Below are positions 54,482-64,000 of a stretch of 64,000 bases of DNA, piece by piece. Position 1 is the stretch's first letter. The number at the start of each line of letters is the position of its first letter. The translations under genes were made by a program, and so were the position numbers. The notes beneath the pieces are model-generated. The model did not search any database, was not told where the DNA came from, and saw only the letters and a program-made list of their open reading frames with translations. This stretch comes from an uncultured candidatus Porisulfidus sp. (GTDB lineage: Bacteria > Pseudomonadota > Gammaproteobacteria > Poriferisulfidales > Poriferisulfidaceae). The stretch is from NCBI GenBank assembly GCA_965204575.1, contig OZ241993.1, positions 1,312,001 through 1,376,000 of the forward strand. Direction: 5' to 3'.

Positions 54482-55270
54482 CTAATTTTTCAGGGCTTCG
54501 AGCCGCCCCAGCATTTCTTCCAGCACTTTCGGCGGTGCCGCGATGATGTTGCCGCTGGCGAGCGGGTCTTCGCCACCATCCAGATCTTTCACGATCGCGC
54601 CCGCTTCCCTCGCAAGCACGACCCCGGCGGCCATGTCCCAGGGCTTGAGGCCGAATTCCCAGAAGCCGTCGAATCGTCCCGCTGCGAGGTAGGCGAGATC
54701 CAGTGCCGCCGAGCCTGCACGGCGGACCCCGGCAGTCTCCGGAATCAGGACCCGCAGGGTGACCAGGTAGTGGTCGAGGTCGGCGCCGTCGCGGAACGGG
54801 AATCCCGTGGCAAGCAGGGCGTCCGCCAGCCCCTGTCCGGCGCGGGCGCGGATGCGCCGCCCGTCGAGGAAGGCCCCGCGGCCGGCCTCCGCGGTGAACA
54901 GTTCCTGCTTGAATGGGTCGTACACGACCCCGAGCAGCAGCTTGTCTTGCTGTCGCAGGGCGATCGACACGGCATAGTGGGGGATGCCGAACAGGAAGTT
55001 GGTGGTGCCGTCGAGCGGGTCGACCAGCCATTCGAATTCGGCGTCGGAGGACGTGCTGGTCGCGGCTTCTTCCGCCAGGATGGCGTGCTCCGGATGCGCT
55101 TTGTGCAGGCGGGAGACGATCTCCTCTTCGGCTTCGCGGTCCACGCTGGAGACGAAATCATGCGAACCCTTGCGCTCCACCGCGACCCGGTCGGTGAAGT
55201 TGTGGTGGCGGATGATGATCCGGCCGGCCGCCTCGGCGGCATCAACGGCGATGTTCAGCAGGGCGCTCAT
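54482..55270 (-). CDS. suhB: Inositol monophosphatase SuhB
   Basis: DPLDGTTNF, TGFPFR, RR.GSAALDLA, PWD.AAG. Confidence 0.93.
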   Translation of the reverse strand: MSALLNIAVDAAEAAGRIIIRHHNFTDRVAVERKGSHDFVSSVDREAEEEIVSRLHKAHPEHAILAEEAATSTSSDAEFEWLVDPLDGTTNFLFGIPHYAVSIALRQQDKLLLGVVYDPFKQELFTAEAGRGAFLDGRRIRARAGQGLADALLATGFPFRDGADLDHYLVTLRVLIPETAGVRRAGSAALDLAYLAAGRFDGFWEFGLKPWDMAAGVVLAREAGAIVKDLDGGEDPLASGNIIAAPPKVLEEMLGRLEALKN

Positions 55271-55397
55271 GGGACAGGGGGTGCGGGCAGGCGTGCCCGC
55301 ACGGGTTTCTGGTTTCGGGGGTGGGGAAACGGGATCGTAATCTTGTATTATAAGAAACGGGCTTCAGCCTCTGCCTTCTTCCGGCCGGGAAATCAAT

Positions 55398-55742
55398 ATG
55401 ACAGGCACAGCGCGGGTCAACAAGGAATTTCTCCAGCGCATGGCCCAGGCCATCGTGGACGAGGTCGACCCGGAGCAGGTCATCCTGTTCGGCTCGCACG
55501 CCCGGGGAGATGCGAGAGAGGACTCGGACGTGGACCTGATCGTGATCGAAGCCGAGCCATTCGATGGGGAAAGATGCAGGCACTCCGAGAGAGTGCGCGT
55601 CCGGAAAGCGGTCCGGGAGTTCAAGGTGCCGAAAGATATCCTGGTGTTCAGCCTCGAAGACGTCGAATACTGGCGCGATTCTCTCAACAACGTCTTGGCG
55701 CGAGCACTCAGAGAGGGCAAGGTACTCTATGAGCGACCCTAA
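55398..55742 (+). CDS. Minimal nucleotidyltransferase (MNT), pair 1
   Basis: ILFGSHARG...DSDVDL, EGKVLYE. Confidence 0.9.
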   Translation: MTGTARVNKEFLQRMAQAIVDEVDPEQVILFGSHARGDAREDSDVDLIVIEAEPFDGERCRHSERVRVRKAVREFKVPKDILVFSLEDVEYWRDSLNNVLARALREGKVLYERP

Positions 55743-56118
55743 GCAAGCCCGCTTGTTGCTGGAAGCGGCGGAAGAGGACATGAACCTGTTTCGCGGGATT
55801 GTGGGCAATCCTGCCCTTACCGACAGGATTTTTGGCTACAACGTTCAGCAGGTGGCGGAAAAGTGCCTGAAATCTTGGCTCTGCCTCATGGGCGAAACCT
55901 ATCCATTTACTCATGATCTCGAAGTTCTTCGTGAGCAACTCGCCGGTTGTGGAGCGGATGTCGGGAGGTTTAAAGCACTGGAAGAGTTTACCGACTATGC
56001 GGGGGATTTGCGCTACCAGCCGACGGATTCCACCCAAAAACCTCTTGACCGGGAGTCTGCATTTTCCTTGGTAGAGGAGCTGCTGGAGAAGGTTCAAAAT
56101 GTGGTAAAGGAAACATGA
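55729..56118 (+). CDS. HEPN-domain protein, pair 1
   Basis: QQ.AEK.LK, YPFTHDL, RY. Confidence 0.88.
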   Translation: MSDPKQARLLLEAAEEDMNLFRGIVGNPALTDRIFGYNVQQVAEKCLKSWLCLMGETYPFTHDLEVLREQLAGCGADVGRFKALEEFTDYAGDLRYQPTDSTQKPLDRESAFSLVEELLEKVQNVVKET

Positions 56119-56139
56119 ATGCACGCGACGGGTTTTGAC

Positions 56140-56478
56140 ATGACGACGAAGGTCAATGAGGAGTTTCTCCAGCGCATGGCCCAGGCCATCGTGGACGAGG
56201 TCGCCCCGGAGCAGGTCATCCTGTTCGGTTCGCATGCCCGCGGCGACGCTCGGGAGGACTCGGACGTGGACCTGATCGTCATTGAAGCCGAACCGTTCGG
56301 CGATGGCCGGTGCCAACTCTCCGAAATGACGCGCATCCGCGAGGCGATCAAGGACTTCAAGGTCCCCAAGGACATCCTGGTGTTCAGCCTCGAAGACGTC
56401 GAGTACTGGCGGGACTCCCTCAACAACGTTCTGGCGCGTGCCCTGCGGGAGGGCAAGGTCCTGTATGAGCGATCCTAA
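56140..56478 (+). CDS. Minimal nucleotidyltransferase (MNT), pair 2
   Basis: Close paralogue of 55398-55742. Confidence 0.9.
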   Translation: MTTKVNEEFLQRMAQAIVDEVAPEQVILFGSHARGDAREDSDVDLIVIEAEPFGDGRCQLSEMTRIREAIKDFKVPKDILVFSLEDVEYWRDSLNNVLARALREGKVLYERS

Positions 56479-56860
56479 GCAGGCCCGCCACCTTCTGCAG
56501 GTGGCGGAAGAGGACCTGAGTGTGCTTCGTGCCCAGAAAGACAGGGCCGTCTTCATTGATCGAGTGTTCGGATTCACCGTGCAACAGGCGATGGAGAAGA
56601 TATTGAAAGCGTGCATCTGTCTCGCGGGTTCGACCTATCCGCACACGCATGACCTGAGCATCCTTTTCGATGTACTTGGAGAAGGCGGGTCGGACCTGAT
56701 GGAACCCGATGCGGAGCTGGTCAAATACACCGCGTTCGCCGGTGCCCTACGCTACCAGCCCGCCGACCCGAAAATGAAGCCCCTCGACCGGGAACGCGCG
56801 GTCGCGCTTGTGGAGACATTGCTGGAAAGAGCCCGGCGGCGGCTTGCCGAGAAGCAATAA
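56465..56860 (+). CDS. HEPN-domain protein, pair 2
   Basis: QQA.EK.LKA, YPHTHDL, LRYQP. Confidence 0.88.
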   Translation: MSDPKQARHLLQVAEEDLSVLRAQKDRAVFIDRVFGFTVQQAMEKILKACICLAGSTYPHTHDLSILFDVLGEGGSDLMEPDAELVKYTAFAGALRYQPADPKMKPLDRERAVALVETLLERARRRLAEKQ

Positions 56861-56914
56861 AGGGGAATTCCCCCGATAAGCTCCGGCCTCATTTCCCGGC
56901 CTATCCCTTAAGGA

Positions 56915-56939
56915 ATACTTGACTAATGCGGTCAGGTAT
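56915..56939 (+). promoter_or_regulatory. Type-1 IscR binding site upstream of iscR
   Basis: ATACTTGACTAATGCGGTCAGGTAT fits the ATA...GACT...GTC...TAT IscR motif. Confidence 0.8.
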
Positions 56940-56981
56940 GCCACTATTATCGTCATTCCGCATCGCCGGAGGCTGGATGCC

Positions 56982-57479
56982 ATGAAACTGAATGCGAAAG
57001 GACGTTATGCCGTAACCGCCATGCTGGACGTGGCGCTGCACGGCGAGGAAGGGCCGGTGGCACTTGCGGGCATCGCCGAGCGCCAGGGCATCTCGCGCTC
57101 TTACCTTGAGCAGCTGTTCTCCCGCCTGAGGCGGGCCGGATTGGTCGACAGCGTGCGCGGGCCCGGCGGCGGATACTGCTTGGCGCGGGACGTGCCGGAG
57201 ATCTCGATCGCCGAGGTGATCGCGGCGGTCGACGAAAGCGTGGATGCGACGCGCTGCGGCGGTCGCGAGAACTGCCAGGACAACCAGCCCTGCCTGACTC
57301 ACGGCCTGTGGGAGGAGTTGGGCCGTGAAATCGAGCGCTACCTGGGCCGCGTCAGCCTGGCGGATGTGCTTCGCCAGCAGCGGGTCCGCGAAGTGGCCTT
57401 GCGCCAGAACGTAAAGTTTGCCGAACACCGCGGGTTCCCCGCGGGGTCGGCCATGGAAGGGCGGGAGGCCGTGTTGTGA
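56982..57479 (+). CDS. iscR: Fe-S cluster assembly regulator IscR
   Basis: [27 protein letters not shown]-x5-C-x5-C..H. Confidence 0.95.
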   Translation: MKLNAKGRYAVTAMLDVALHGEEGPVALAGIAERQGISRSYLEQLFSRLRRAGLVDSVRGPGGGYCLARDVPEISIAEVIAAVDESVDATRCGGRENCQDNQPCLTHGLWEELGREIERYLGRVSLADVLRQQRVREVALRQNVKFAEHRGFPAGSAMEGREAVL

Positions 57480-58699
57480 ACGACATCAATCTTCCCATCT
57501 ACCTGGACTACTCCGCGACCACGCCGGTGGACCCCCGGGTGGCGGACAAGATGCGCCAGTACCTGACGCCGGACGGCGAGTTCGGCAACCCCGCCTCGCG
57601 CTCGCACAGCTTCGGCTGGCATGCCGAGGAGGCGGTCGACGAGGCGCGCAAGCAGGTCGCGGCCCTGATCGGCGCGGACCCGCGCGAAATCGTCTGGACC
57701 AGCGGCGGCACCGAGTCGGACAACCTGGCGATCAAGGGCGCCGCCCATTTCTACCAGAAGAAGGGCAAGCACATCGTCACCGTCAAGACCGAGCACAAGG
57801 CGGTGCTGGACACCTGCCGGCAGCTGGAGCGGGAAGGCTTCGAGGTGACCTACCTGGCGCCGCAGGCGGACGGCCTGCTCGACCTGGCCGAACTGGAGGC
57901 CTCGCTGCGCGACGACACGGTGCTGGTGTCGGTGATGCACGTCAACAACGAGATCGGCGTCGTCCAGGATATCGGCACGATCGGCAAGATGACCCACGAG
58001 CGCGGCATCGTCCTGCACGTCGATGCGGCGCAGGGCGCCGGCAAGATTCCGATCGACGTGCACGAGATGCAGGTCGACCTGATGACCCTGTCCGCACACA
58101 AGATCTACGGCCCGAAAGGGATCGGCGCCTTGTACATCTGCCGCAAGCCCCGGGTACGCCTGGAGGCGCAGATGCACGGCGGCGGCCACGAGCGCGGGTT
58201 GCGCTCCGGCACCCTGCCGACGCACCAGATCGTCGGCATGGGCGAGGCATTCCGGATCGCCCGCGAGGAAATGGCGGAGGAATCGGCCCGCATCCGCGCG
58301 CTGCGCGACCGGCTCTGGGACGGCCTGAACAAGATGGAAGAGGTCTACCTCAACGGCGACCTCGAACAGCGGGTGCCGGGCAACCTCAACGTCAGCTTCA
58401 ACTTCGTGGAGGGCGAATCGCTGATCATGGCGCTCAAGGACGTCGCGGTGTCCAGCGGCTCGGCCTGTACCTCGGCCTCGCTGGAACCCAGCTACGTGCT
58501 GCGCGCGCTGGGCCGCAACGACGAACTGGCGCACAGTTCGCTGCGCTTCACCATCGGGCGTTTCACGACCGAGGAAGAAATCGATTACACCGTTTCACTC
58601 ATCGAGCAAGCCGTGCAGCGGCTTCGCGACCTCTCGCCTCTCTGGGAGATGTATCAGGAAGGGGTCGACCTGGACTCGGTGCAGTGGGCGGTTCACTGA
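57476..58699 (+). CDS. iscS: Cysteine desulfurase
   Basis: [26 protein letters not shown]. Confidence 0.97.
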   Translation: MNDINLPIYLDYSATTPVDPRVADKMRQYLTPDGEFGNPASRSHSFGWHAEEAVDEARKQVAALIGADPREIVWTSGGTESDNLAIKGAAHFYQKKGKHIVTVKTEHKAVLDTCRQLEREGFEVTYLAPQADGLLDLAELEASLRDDTVLVSVMHVNNEIGVVQDIGTIGKMTHERGIVLHVDAAQGAGKIPIDVHEMQVDLMTLSAHKIYGPKGIGALYICRKPRVRLEAQMHGGGHERGLRSGTLPTHQIVGMGEAFRIAREEMAEESARIRALRDRLWDGLNKMEEVYLNGDLEQRVPGNLNVSFNFVEGESLIMALKDVAVSSGSACTSASLEPSYVLRALGRNDELAHSSLRFTIGRFTTEEEIDYTVSLIEQAVQRLRDLSPLWEMYQEGVDLDSVQWAVH

Positions 58700-58723
58700 C
58701 AATGCTAAGCAGGAGAAAACATC

Positions 58724-59149
58724 ATGGCATATGGAAAAAAAGTTCTGGATCACTATGAGAACCCGCGCAACGTCGGTTCGCTGGACAAGGACGACGCGCA
58801 GGTGGGCACCGGCATGGTCGGCGCGCCGGCCTGCGGGGACGTGATGAAGCTTCAGATCAAGGTCAGCGACGAAGGCGTGATCGAGGACGCCAAGTTCAAG
58901 ACCTACGGCTGCGGCTCGGCGATCGCGTCGTCCAGCCTGTTGACCGAGTGGGTGCGCGGCAAGACCCTGGCGGAAGCCGGCGAGATCCGCAACACCGACA
59001 TCGCGGAGGAACTGGCATTGCCGCCGGTGAAGATCCACTGCTCGGTGCTGGCGGAAGACGCCATCCAAGCGGCGATCGAGGACTACGAAGGCAAGCAGGG
59101 CCGCAAGGCCGGCGCGCCGGACGAGGCAGAACTGGCGGAAGCCGTCTGA
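58724..59149 (+). CDS. iscU: Fe-S scaffold IscU
   Basis: [20 protein letters not shown]. Confidence 0.97.
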   Translation: MAYGKKVLDHYENPRNVGSLDKDDAQVGTGMVGAPACGDVMKLQIKVSDEGVIEDAKFKTYGCGSAIASSSLLTEWVRGKTLAEAGEIRNTDIAEELALPPVKIHCSVLAEDAIQAAIEDYEGKQGRKAGAPDEAELAEAV

Positions 59150-59162
59150 ATCGGCCGCCGCC

Positions 59163-59486
59163 GTGGCCATCTCGCTGACTGAAGCCGCAGCCGGGCAGGT
59201 TCGCGCCCATCTGGAGAAGCGCGGACGCGGGCTCGGCCTGCGCCTGGGGGTGAAGACCACCGGGTGCTCCGGGATGGCCTATGTGCTGGAGTTCGCCGAT
59301 TCCGTGGAGGAGGACGATCAGGTGTTCGAGGACAAGGGCGTGAAGGTGGTGGTGTCCCCGAAGAGCCTGGCCTATTTGGACGGCGCCGAACTGGATTACG
59401 GACGCGAAGGACTGAACGAGGGGTTCCGCTTCACCAACCCCAACGAGAAAGCGCGGTGCGGGTGCGGCGAAAGTTTCAGCATCTGA
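59163..59486 (+). CDS. iscA: A-type Fe-S carrier IscA
   Basis: GCSG.AY, NPN...CGCGESF. Confidence 0.96.
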   Translation: MAISLTEAAAGQVRAHLEKRGRGLGLRLGVKTTGCSGMAYVLEFADSVEEDDQVFEDKGVKVVVSPKSLAYLDGAELDYGREGLNEGFRFTNPNEKARCGCGESFSI

Positions 59487-59508
59487 GCGACAGGATCAGG
59501 GGGCGGCG

Positions 59509-60033
59509 GTGCCGCTGGAACTTCCCCAGAATTATTTCGAACTGTTTCAGTTGGCGTGCGCGCTCGAGGTGGACGAGCGGCAGCTGACCGAACGGTACCG
59601 CGCCCTGCAGCGGGAATTGCACCCGGACCGTTTCGCGGCGGCCGGCCCGCAGGAGCGGCGCCTCGCGGCGCAGGCCGCGGCCCACGTCAACCAGGCGTAC
59701 CGCACCCTGAGCGACCGGCACGAACGTGCCGCCTATCTCCTCCACTTGCAGGGAGTCGCGATAGACGACGAGAAAGACACGTCGACCGACACCGAATTCC
59801 TGATGCGGCAGATGGAGTTGCGCGAGGGGATGGAGGCGCTTGACGAGATGCCGGCGGTCGAAGCCTTTGGCGCCCGTCTTGAGCAGGAGGCCGGGGCGCT
59901 GTGGGAGGATTTCGGGGCGTGCTACGCCGGGGAGCGCTGGCCGGACGCACGGGAAGCCCTGCTGAAGCTCCGCTTTTACCGCCGCCTGCAGCAACAGTTG
60001 CAGGCCCGCAAAGAGCAATTCGCAGCGGGATAG
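59509..60033 (+). CDS. hscB: Co-chaperone HscB
   Basis: NYFELF, HPD, FL..QMELRE. Confidence 0.93.
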   Translation: MPLELPQNYFELFQLACALEVDERQLTERYRALQRELHPDRFAAAGPQERRLAAQAAAHVNQAYRTLSDRHERAAYLLHLQGVAIDDEKDTSTDTEFLMRQMELREGMEALDEMPAVEAFGARLEQEAGALWEDFGACYAGERWPDAREALLKLRFYRRLQQQLQARKEQFAAG

Positions 60034-60037
60034 GAAG

Positions 60038-61885
60038 ATGGCCCTGCTGCAAATTTCGGAACCGGGGCAGGGCGGCCCCAGGCGGCGCGCCTGCGGCATC
60101 GACCTGGGTACGACGCATTCGCTCGTCGCGGTGATGCGGGACGGGCAGGCGGTCACGCTGCCGGATGCCGAGGGGCGCCATCGCCTCCCTTCGGTGGTGC
60201 ACTACGGAGCCGGGTCAGGGACGGTCGGCTGGTCGGCCGTGCAGGCGGCCGCGGATGATCCGGACAACGCGTTCTTTTCGATCAAGCGCTCGATGGGCCG
60301 CGGCACCGCGGATCTTGATGACGCATACGACCTGGCCGGGAATCCGGCGGCGGGTGTGCCGCGTTTTCGGACGGTGGCCGGGCCGAAGACCGCCGTGGAG
60401 ATCTCGGCCGACATCTTGAGCGCCCTGCGGGCCCGGGCCGAAGAGGAATTGGACGGCGAGTTGGACGGGGCCGTGATCACGGTGCCCGCTTACTTCGACG
60501 AAGCGCAGCGGCAGGCGACCAAGGATGCGGCCCGCTTGGCCGGGCTGCCGGTTCTGCGGCTGATCAACGAGCCGACCGCAGCTTCGATCGCCTATGGGCT
60601 GGACCAGCAGGACGACCGCGGGCTGATCGCGGTGTTCGACCTGGGCGGGGGGACGTTCGACATTTCGATCCTGCGCCTGAGCCGGGGCGTGTTCGAAGTG
60701 CTGGCGACGGGCGGCGATACCGAATTGGGCGGGGATGACTTGGACCGGATCCTGTTGGCCTGGGCGCAGAAGGAATGCGGCGTGGAAGAAGCGGACCGGG
60801 CTTGGACGCGGAGGATTCTCCAGGCCGTGCGCCAGGCTCGGGAGGCCTTGTCGGAACAGGAGTCGGTTCAGGTTGATTGTGGTGATGGACGAGCCTTGAC
60901 CCTGACCCGAGACGAACTGGAGCAATGGTCGGCGCCTCTGCTTGAGCGAATGCTGCAGTGCTGCCGCCGCGCCCTAGCGGACGCCGGAGTCGAGACGGGG
61001 GCGGTGCAGGAGGTGGTCATGGTCGGGGGCGTGACGCGGATGCCGTACCTGCGTCGCGAGGTCTCGAGGTTTTTCTCTCGCGAGGTCCATACCGGGATCG
61101 ACCCGGACCGGGTGGTGGCGCTGGGCGCCGCGGTCCAGGCCGACGTGCTGGCGGGCAACGCGCAAGATCAGGATTTGCTGTTGCTGGACGTGATTCCCCT
61201 GTCGCTCGGGATCGAGATCATGGGCGGGCTGGTCGAGCGGATCATCGACCGCAACACCACCATCCCGGCCCACCATGCCCAGGAATTCACCACGTTCAAG
61301 GATGGGCAGACTGCGCTTGCGGTGCACGTGGTGCAGGGCGAACGGGAGTTGGTGTCGGATTGCCGCTCGCTGGCGCGCTTCGAATTGCGCGGCATCCCGC
61401 CGATGACTGCGGGTGCTGCGCGCATCCGGGTCGAGTTCCAGGTTGATGCGGACGGGTTGCTGACCGTGGAGGCGATGGAGACCGTCAGCGGGGTGCGCGC
61501 CGGGGTATCAGTCAAGCCTTCCTACGGGCTGGAAGAATCGGAAATCGAACAGATGCTCCGGGAGTCGGTCGAGCATGCCGAGGAAGACGTGGCGAGCCGT
61601 GCCCTGAACGAGCAGCAGGTCGAGGCGGACCGGGTGGTGCAGGCTTTGCGGGACGCGTTGGCGGCGGACGGGGATATACTGTCGAACGATGCGGAGCGCG
61701 CCGGGATCGAGGCGGCGGCGCAGGCCCTGGTACAGCTGCGGGACGGGACGGATGCCGACGCGATCCGAGCCGGGATCAAGGCACTGGAGGAGGTTTGCGA
61801 GCCATTCGTGGAACGGCGCATGAACCGCAGTATCCGGCAAGCCATGCAAGGACACAAGGTTGAGGAATTTCAGGAGCAGGACTGA
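60038..61885 (+). CDS. hscA: Fe-S chaperone HscA
   Basis: MALLQISEPG, GIDLGTT, TVPAYF, FTTFKDGQT. Confidence 0.96.
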   Translation: MALLQISEPGQGGPRRRACGIDLGTTHSLVAVMRDGQAVTLPDAEGRHRLPSVVHYGAGSGTVGWSAVQAAADDPDNAFFSIKRSMGRGTADLDDAYDLAGNPAAGVPRFRTVAGPKTAVEISADILSALRARAEEELDGELDGAVITVPAYFDEAQRQATKDAARLAGLPVLRLINEPTAASIAYGLDQQDDRGLIAVFDLGGGTFDISILRLSRGVFEVLATGGDTELGGDDLDRILLAWAQKECGVEEADRAWTRRILQAVRQAREALSEQESVQVDCGDGRALTLTRDELEQWSAPLLERMLQCCRRALADAGVETGAVQEVVMVGGVTRMPYLRREVSRFFSREVHTGIDPDRVVALGAAVQADVLAGNAQDQDLLLLDVIPLSLGIEIMGGLVERIIDRNTTIPAHHAQEFTTFKDGQTALAVHVVQGERELVSDCRSLARFELRGIPPMTAGAARIRVEFQVDADGLLTVEAMETVSGVRAGVSVKPSYGLEESEIEQMLRESVEHAEEDVASRALNEQQVEADRVVQALRDALAADGDILSNDAERAGIEAAAQALVQLRDGTDADAIRAGIKALEEVCEPFVERRMNRSIRQAMQGHKVEEFQEQD

Positions 61886-62223
61886 TGCCGACGATACGTT
61901 TCCTGCCGCATGAGGAGATCTGCCCGACCGAGCAGGTGGTCGAGGTCGAGCCCGGGGTGAGCATCTGCGATGCGGCCCTGTCCAGCGGCATCGAGATCGA
62001 GCACGCCTGCGAAAAGTCCTGCGCGTGCACGACCTGCCACGTCTACGTCCGGGAAGGGAGCGACTCGCTGGGCGAGGCGAGCGAAGACGAGGAGGACCTG
62101 CTGGACCGGGCGTGGGGCCTGGACCCGGATTCGCGGCTGAGCTGTCAGGCGATCGTGGGCGACGAGGATTTGGTGGTCGAGCTTCCGCGCTACACTATCA
62201 ACCAGGTTTCCGAGCACCACTAG
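61885..62223 (+). CDS. fdx: ISC 2Fe-2S ferredoxin
   Basis: HACEKSCACTTCH, SRLSCQ. Confidence 0.96.
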   Translation: MPTIRFLPHEEICPTEQVVEVEPGVSICDAALSSGIEIEHACEKSCACTTCHVYVREGSDSLGEASEDEEDLLDRAWGLDPDSRLSCQAIVGDEDLVVELPRYTINQVSEHH

Positions 62224-62231
62224 GAGGGGAG

Positions 62232-62432
62232 ATGGGGCTTCGCTGGACGGATTCGCTGGAGATCGCGATCGAGCTTGAGGACGCGCACCCGGATGTCGAT
62301 CCGCAGTACGTGCGATTCACCGACCTGTACGAATGGGTCCTGGCGTTGGAAGACTTCGAGGACGGCCCGGAACATTGCGGGGAACGCATCTTGGAAGCGA
62401 TCCAGATGGCTTGGATCGACGAGCACGACTGA
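62232..62432 (+). CDS. iscX: Fe-S assembly protein IscX
   Basis: WTD..EIA..L, RFTDL..W, E.ILEAIQ.AW. Confidence 0.95.
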   Translation: MGLRWTDSLEIAIELEDAHPDVDPQYVRFTDLYEWVLALEDFEDGPEHCGERILEAIQMAWIDEHD

Positions 62433-62586
62433 GCGGGATGCCCCGGGATTTCGCATCGCCTCAAACCCTGAAAAGCATGGCCGGGGTGTGCCTGAAGCCC
62501 GATTTGGTTCGGCTCCCTGTGATAAAATTCGCGCGCCCACGGTGCGCCGCGGGCTGACTATTAGATTCTGAACCGGCACGACATCA

Positions 62587-63240
62587 ATGCGCATCATTCT
62601 GCTGGGCGGGCCCGGCGCTGGCAAGGGGACCCAGTCCAGTTACATCTGCGAGCGCTACGGGATCCCGCAAATTTCGACGGGAGACATGCTGCGCAAGGCG
62701 GTCGCGGACGGCACGCCGCTAGGCAAGGAAGCGGAGCAGATCATGAGGCAAGGCGCCCTGGTGCCGGACGAACTGATCCTGGGGCTGGTCGAGCAACGGA
62801 TCGCCGAGCCCGATTGTGGTGACGGTTTTCTGCTGGACGGATTTCCCCGGACTTTGGCGCAGGCGGAAGCGTTGCGCGACTACGAGATCGACATCGACCA
62901 CGTGGTGGAGATCCGGGTGAGCGACGAGGAGATCGTTCGCCGCATGAGCGGGCGACGGGTCCATCCGGTTTCCGGGCGCGTCTACCACATCGAGAACAAT
63001 CCACCTCGGCAAGAAGGGCTGGACGACGACACCGGAGAACCGCTGATTCAGCGCGACGACGACCGGGAAGAAGTCGTTCGGCAGCGCCTGGAGGTTTATC
63101 ATGATCAGACCGAACCGCTCATCGACTACTATTCCAGCTGGGCGGAATCCGGTGGTGAAGGGGCGCCGCGCTATCACGTGATCGACGGAATCGGAAGCAT
63201 CGAGGACATCCGGGACCAGGCGTTTTCTTCCCTGGACTAA
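62587..63240 (+). CDS. adk: Adenylate kinase
   Basis: [29 protein letters not shown]. Confidence 0.97.
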   Translation: MRIILLGGPGAGKGTQSSYICERYGIPQISTGDMLRKAVADGTPLGKEAEQIMRQGALVPDELILGLVEQRIAEPDCGDGFLLDGFPRTLAQAEALRDYEIDIDHVVEIRVSDEEIVRRMSGRRVHPVSGRVYHIENNPPRQEGLDDDTGEPLIQRDDDREEVVRQRLEVYHDQTEPLIDYYSSWAESGGEGAPRYHVIDGIGSIEDIRDQAFSSLD

Positions 63241-63289
63241 AACACTAGGTTACGGTTTGGAACGACAGAATTAAGGAGTATCGAACGCC

Positions 63290-63763
63290 ATGGCAACACC
63301 GACTTTCTTCATGGGCCTTCTCGGGGCACTGGTCGCGATAACGCTGGTGCTGTTCATCATCGCGCAGAACATCGTGGAGCCGGACCTGAAGTTGGACGAC
63401 CCCGAGGTGGCCGAAGCCATTCAAAAGCGGATCGAGCCGATCGGCCGGCTCAATACCGGCGACGCTCCGATTGCGGTCGCGTCCCTGCCGCTCATCTCGG
63501 ATGCCCAGGCCGCACCCGATTTCGAATCAGGGGAAGCCGTCTACAATGCCGTCTGCCAGGCCTGCCACACCACGGGCGTTCTGAATTCGCCGAAGCTGGG
63601 CGACCCCGCGGGCTGGGGGACGCGCCTGTCGAAAGGGAAGGAAACCCTGTACCTGAGCGTGATCAACGGCCTCAACCTGATGCCGCCCAAGGGTGGGCGT
63701 CCGGACCTGTCGGACGAACAGCTCCAGATGGCCGTCGACTATATGCTGGAGAGCCTCAACTGA
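63290..63763 (+). CDS. Cytochrome c5
   Basis: N-terminal TM, RIEPIG, CQACH, MPPKGG. Confidence 0.9.
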   Translation: MATPTFFMGLLGALVAITLVLFIIAQNIVEPDLKLDDPEVAEAIQKRIEPIGRLNTGDAPIAVASLPLISDAQAAPDFESGEAVYNAVCQACHTTGVLNSPKLGDPAGWGTRLSKGKETLYLSVINGLNLMPPKGGRPDLSDEQLQMAVDYMLESLN

Positions 63764-64000
63764 CCGGATCCTCAGGCTCCTGACCGCGCTCCAGCGCATC
63801 CAGACGTTTCTGTAGTTCGCCTAGACGCTCGCGGGTCTTGGCGAGCAGTTTGGACTGCACGTCGAACTCCTCCCGGGTGACTACGTCCAGGCGTTGCAGC
63901 AGGCTTTCGACGCAGGCCCGGACGGTCTTGTGGATTTCTTCGCGGGTCGAGTGCAGAGATTCCGGAATCAGCGCGTCCAGGCGCCGAGCCAGATCATCCA
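63756..64000 (-). CDS. ubiK: Ubiquinone biosynthesis accessory factor UbiK (5' end outside the window)
   Basis: Manual translation DDLARRL...LDVVTREEFDVQ..LL..TR..L..L..RL..LE. Confidence 0.88.
   Translation of the reverse strand, partial: DDLARRLDALIPESLHSTREEIHKTVRACVESLLQRLDVVTREEFDVQSKLLAKTRERLGELQKRLDALERGQEPEDPVS

Noticed and set aside
54144-55031. 295-aa ORF
   Set aside because: Only the last 95 codons (RHH antitoxin) are credible; the rest is an alternate frame of suhB.

Overview
High-GC gammaproteobacterial chromosome. The core backbone is nth, ferredoxin, metG, apbC, dcd, eno-ftsB-ispDF-yoaA-tsaB, mutL-miaA-hfq-hflX, hflKC-hisZ-purA-queA-tgt-yajC-secDF, suhB, iscRSUA-hscBA-fdx-iscX, adk, cytochrome c5 and ubiK. 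Accessory DNA interrupts it at several junctions. (1) Left end: an EGKCG-repeat RiPP/metallophore-type precursor followed by a DoxX gene. (2) An 8.4 kb integrase-less defence islet (MmeI-like R-M, NACHT ATPase with C-terminal nuclease, AAA/DUF4143) bounded by an 82-bp duplication of the nth 3' end. (3) A small islet with a subtilase remnant and vapBC. (4) Best candidate for an undescribed system: a ~15 kb island splitting hflX from hflK. It holds four intact genes and one pseudogene of a secreted, Cys-scaffolded, hypervariable mini-protein family resembling a single cyanovirin-N repeat, arranged around a MacAB-TolC-type exporter whose adaptor has an N-terminal PAS domain, with an IS1380 element, its MITE, IS remnants and palindromic repeats. 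(5) Several toxin-antitoxin loci. No rRNA, tRNA or CRISPR array was seen. All family calls are by-eye motif recognition, not database searches.
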